Source of the DNA: Bdellovibrionales bacterium
GTDB taxonomy: Bacteria; Bdellovibrionota; Bdellovibrionia; Bdellovibrionales; UBA1609
Reading direction: 5' to 3'
Length of the DNA: 64,000 nucleotides
Assembly: GCA_027317865.1 (NCBI GenBank)
Contig: DAHVQG010000001.1
Location: 192,001 to 256,000 of the forward strand
In this document: positions 61,614 through 64,000 of the stretch, one piece after another
Layout of the letters: every line of letters begins with the position of its first letter
How positions within the stretch are numbered: the stretch's first letter is position 1
Position numbers and translations under genes: made by a program
The notes under the pieces: model-generated
Told to the model about the DNA's origin: nothing
Seen by the model: only the letters and a program-made list of their open reading frames with translations
The model's database searches: none

Positions 61614-62060
61614 TTAATGAATTGCAATTTGTTTAGCTTTAGAAACCTCTGTTTTCGGCATTGTTAGTGTCAAGACGCCGCTTTCATACTTAGCGTCCAC
61701 CTTCTTTTCATCGATTGACGACGGCAGCGTAAAGCTTCTTTGATACGAACCGTAGCTGATTTCCGAATACCGGCTTTTGCCTTCAGCGCTTTTTTTCTCC
61801 TCGTGCCGCTCCGCTGAGACTGTTAAAACATTGCCATCGACATCTACTTTTATGTCGTCCTTTTTGACTCCCGGCAGATCAAACTTCATTATATAGTTCG
61901 ATTTGTCCTCATTTAATTCGCACGATGGGGAAAAGCCCGACGTTGCCCATTGTGGCTGAGCGATGTCCAAATCTTCGAAAAAGCGGTCCAGGTCGCCTTG
62001 TAATCTCGACAACATTCTTACCGGCTCATTTCTACTCTGCCATAGTGACGGTAATCGCAT
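61614..62060 (-). CDS. Hsp20/alpha-crystallin small heat shock protein
   Basis: DLPGVKKDDI, YGSYQRSFTLP, AKYESGVL.L.MPK. Confidence 0.96.
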   Translation of the reverse strand: MRLPSLWQSRNEPVRMLSRLQGDLDRFFEDLDIAQPQWATSGFSPSCELNEDKSNYIMKFDLPGVKKDDIKVDVDGNVLTVSAERHEEKKSAEGKSRYSEISYGSYQRSFTLPSSIDEKKVDAKYESGVLTLTMPKTEVSKAKQIAIH

Positions 62061-62098
62061 AATTTACCTCCTTGCATAGATTGTTCATATTTATAGAA

Positions 62099-62114
62099 AG
62101 CAAATCTGATACCA
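62099..62114 (-). promoter_or_regulatory. putative sigma54 promoter of the hsp20-BON operon
   Basis: Minus strand TGGTATCAGATTTGCT (GG-N10-GC), 38 nt upstream of the ATG. Confidence 0.62.
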
Positions 62115-62320
62115 ACGCCATGCATATGAAGATGCGTTTTACGGTTATGAAAAGTCTGCCGCGATTTTAAATGTTCCGCCAAGTGTGATTAAATTATTGA
62201 TACAGCTCGTGTTTGCGTTCTAGACAAATTGACGCAATTTTCGAATGTCATCTAAATAATCTAAATAATTTATACGGAACAGTTGTTACACACGACAGTG
62301 GAACAAAGAAGGTAAGTACC

Positions 62321-63091
62321 ATGGCGCAAAAAATAAAAATTAAAGAAAAAACAGCTTTCGTTACGGGTGCTGCATCTGGAATCGGCCGGGCAACGGCATT
62401 GGCATTTGCTCAACGTGGTGAAAATGTTGCGGTCATTGACACTCAAATAAATGAAGGCGAGAAAACGGTCGAGCTTATAAAAAAAGCAGAAGGTTCGGCG
62501 ATTTTTATTAAATGCGATGTTTCAAAACCGGATCAAATTCGAAGCGCTGTCAGTGATACCGTTAAACAGTTCGGTAGAATCGACTACGCGTTCAATAATG
62601 CGGGAGTCGAAGGGGTTGAGGCCAGAACGGCCGAGTGTTCTCTCGAAAATTGGGATTACACTCTTAACATAAATCTGCGCGGCGTGTGGCTTTGTATGAA
62701 ATATGAAATACCGCAAATGTTGAAACAAGAAAGCGGCGGGCTTATTGTTAATTGCTCCTCGATTGCCGGGTTAGTTGGCTTTGAAAAACTTCCGGCTTAT
62801 GTCGCAAGCAAGCACGGCGTAATCGGGTTAACCAAAACGGCGGCATTGGAGTATGCGAAATCGAAATTGCGCATCAACGCTGTTTGCCCGGGTGTCATCG
62901 ACACGCCTATGGTTGAACGTCTTACCCGCGGCGAAGCGCAAGAGGCCTATTCGCTAACTAAAAGTGAGCCGATTGGGAGAATGGGCAAGCCAGAAGAAAT
63001 CGCTTCGGCGGTTTTGTGGTTGTGTTCGGAGAACGCTTCTTTTGTGACCGGTCACTCGCTTATTGTCGATGGCGGCTGGACGGCGCAGTAA
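62321..63091 (+). CDS. short-chain dehydrogenase/reductase
   Basis: TGAASGIG, NNAG, YVASK, DGG; ATG 62321. Confidence 0.95.
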   Translation: MAQKIKIKEKTAFVTGAASGIGRATALAFAQRGENVAVIDTQINEGEKTVELIKKAEGSAIFIKCDVSKPDQIRSAVSDTVKQFGRIDYAFNNAGVEGVEARTAECSLENWDYTLNINLRGVWLCMKYEIPQMLKQESGGLIVNCSSIAGLVGFEKLPAYVASKHGVIGLTKTAALEYAKSKLRINAVCPGVIDTPMVERLTRGEAQEAYSLTKSEPIGRMGKPEEIASAVLWLCSENASFVTGHSLIVDGGWTAQ

Positions 63092-63998
63092 TTATGTTCG
63101 AATCTGCAAGTTCTTGTTGAAGCTCATGAACTTCGCCGGTCAATTTTGAATCTTTTGCCGCTTCTTGCAGCAGACTGTAGGCTGTCCATGGGTCGCGCCA
63201 TACAATTCGGAGATAAGCGAGAGCTAATGCTTTTTGATGAGGATTGGGCAATTGATCGGCCCAATATTCTGCAGTACCCCACGCTCCGATTTTGGCAAAG
63301 GCCTCAGTTCGTTTCAATACATTAAGTGACTGCGCGGAACTTAATTGCGTATTTATTTCAGGCGGCAATCGGCGATCAATTTGTTGAATTTGGCGAGTCG
63401 TAACCGCGCTGATGGAGGGGCAGATCTTGTGAAAACACGTCGTGACGGAATAGTCGAGCGGCTCATAGGCCGCGATTTCTTTAGTTTTGTTTTTACACGT
63501 GCGAACCTCTCTGGCCTCGACCGTCTCTAGCTGATTCACTTTTTCTTGAAGACGGGTTGCAAATCCGTTCCATTCCGCAATTTTCAGAGGATGCAATTTT
63601 AACGTCGAGAGTTGAACAATTGCCCGTTTAGTAATTGCCGGAGCCTTACAGAGCCCCGCTACTGTAATTTGCGGCGAATCTTTGATAAACAATGCAGTCA
63701 GTTGCGTTTTAGCCTGGGCCATAGATTTTAAAATTTCTGCGACTTTTTTTAACCGATCGGTCAGCTCGGCGAGTGGCTTTACGGCTTCTTTAGTTTTGTT
63801 TTTTTGGGATACATTTTGCGGTGTTCGTTGAATCGAAGTTGTGGTGACGGCTGCGACAAGGTCATTGAGTTTTTGCCACTTTAACCGTGACCAGATCCCT
63901 TCAAGCGATGGTTTTGTTTTGATCCGGTCGAGGTGGCTTTGAATCCACCCAAATACCGGAGCGGATTTTAAATTATTCTCGCGCGCCGCAGTTACATA
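63060..63998 (-). CDS. hypothetical protein, 5' end outside window
   Basis: The frame of ORF 63060-63722 stays open to the window end (checked by hand). Confidence 0.65.
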   Translation of the reverse strand, partial: YVTAARENNLKSAPVFGWIQSHLDRIKTKPSLEGIWSRLKWQKLNDLVAAVTTTSIQRTPQNVSQKNKTKEAVKPLAELTDRLKKVAEILKSMAQAKTQLTALFIKDSPQITVAGLCKAPAITKRAIVQLSTLKLHPLKIAEWNGFATRLQEKVNQLETVEAREVRTCKNKTKEIAAYEPLDYSVTTCFHKICPSISAVTTRQIQQIDRRLPPEINTQLSSAQSLNVLKRTEAFAKIGAWGTAEYWADQLPNPHQKALALAYLRIVWRDPWTAYSLLQEAAKDSKLTGEVHELQQELADSNIITAPSSRHRQ

Positions 63999-64000
63999 AA

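Overview
Bacterial chromosomal window, most likely from a Bdellovibrionota-like organism. This is inferred from the bacterial top6BA pair, the many secreted hypothetical proteins and the sigma54/sigma28-type promoter motifs. It opens with the end of the spc/alpha ribosomal cluster (rplO-secY-adk-rpmJ-rpsM-rpsK-rpoA-rplQ; no map, infA or rpsD here). An accessory stretch follows: an XRE regulator, secreted proteins, and a 1.4-kb HigBA-carrying islet integrated at tRNA-Arg(TCT). The rest holds two paralogous PKD lipoproteins with a His/Asp/Trp/Cys-rich domain, metabolic and signalling genes, topoisomerase VI, an RND pump, a TPR/beta-barrel + ECF sigma module and stress genes. The most striking element is a 1,447-bp IS110-family element (33560-35006) inserted at a CT core inside the Shine-Dalgarno sequence between bolA and grxD. 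Its 3' non-coding end folds into a two-loop RNA whose loops match the reconstructed target site and the reconstructed donor (circle) junction. It therefore reads as a bridge/seek-RNA-guided recombinase that appears programmed against an AAGGAG ribosome-binding site. All calls come from reading motifs by eye; no database searches or folding programs were run.
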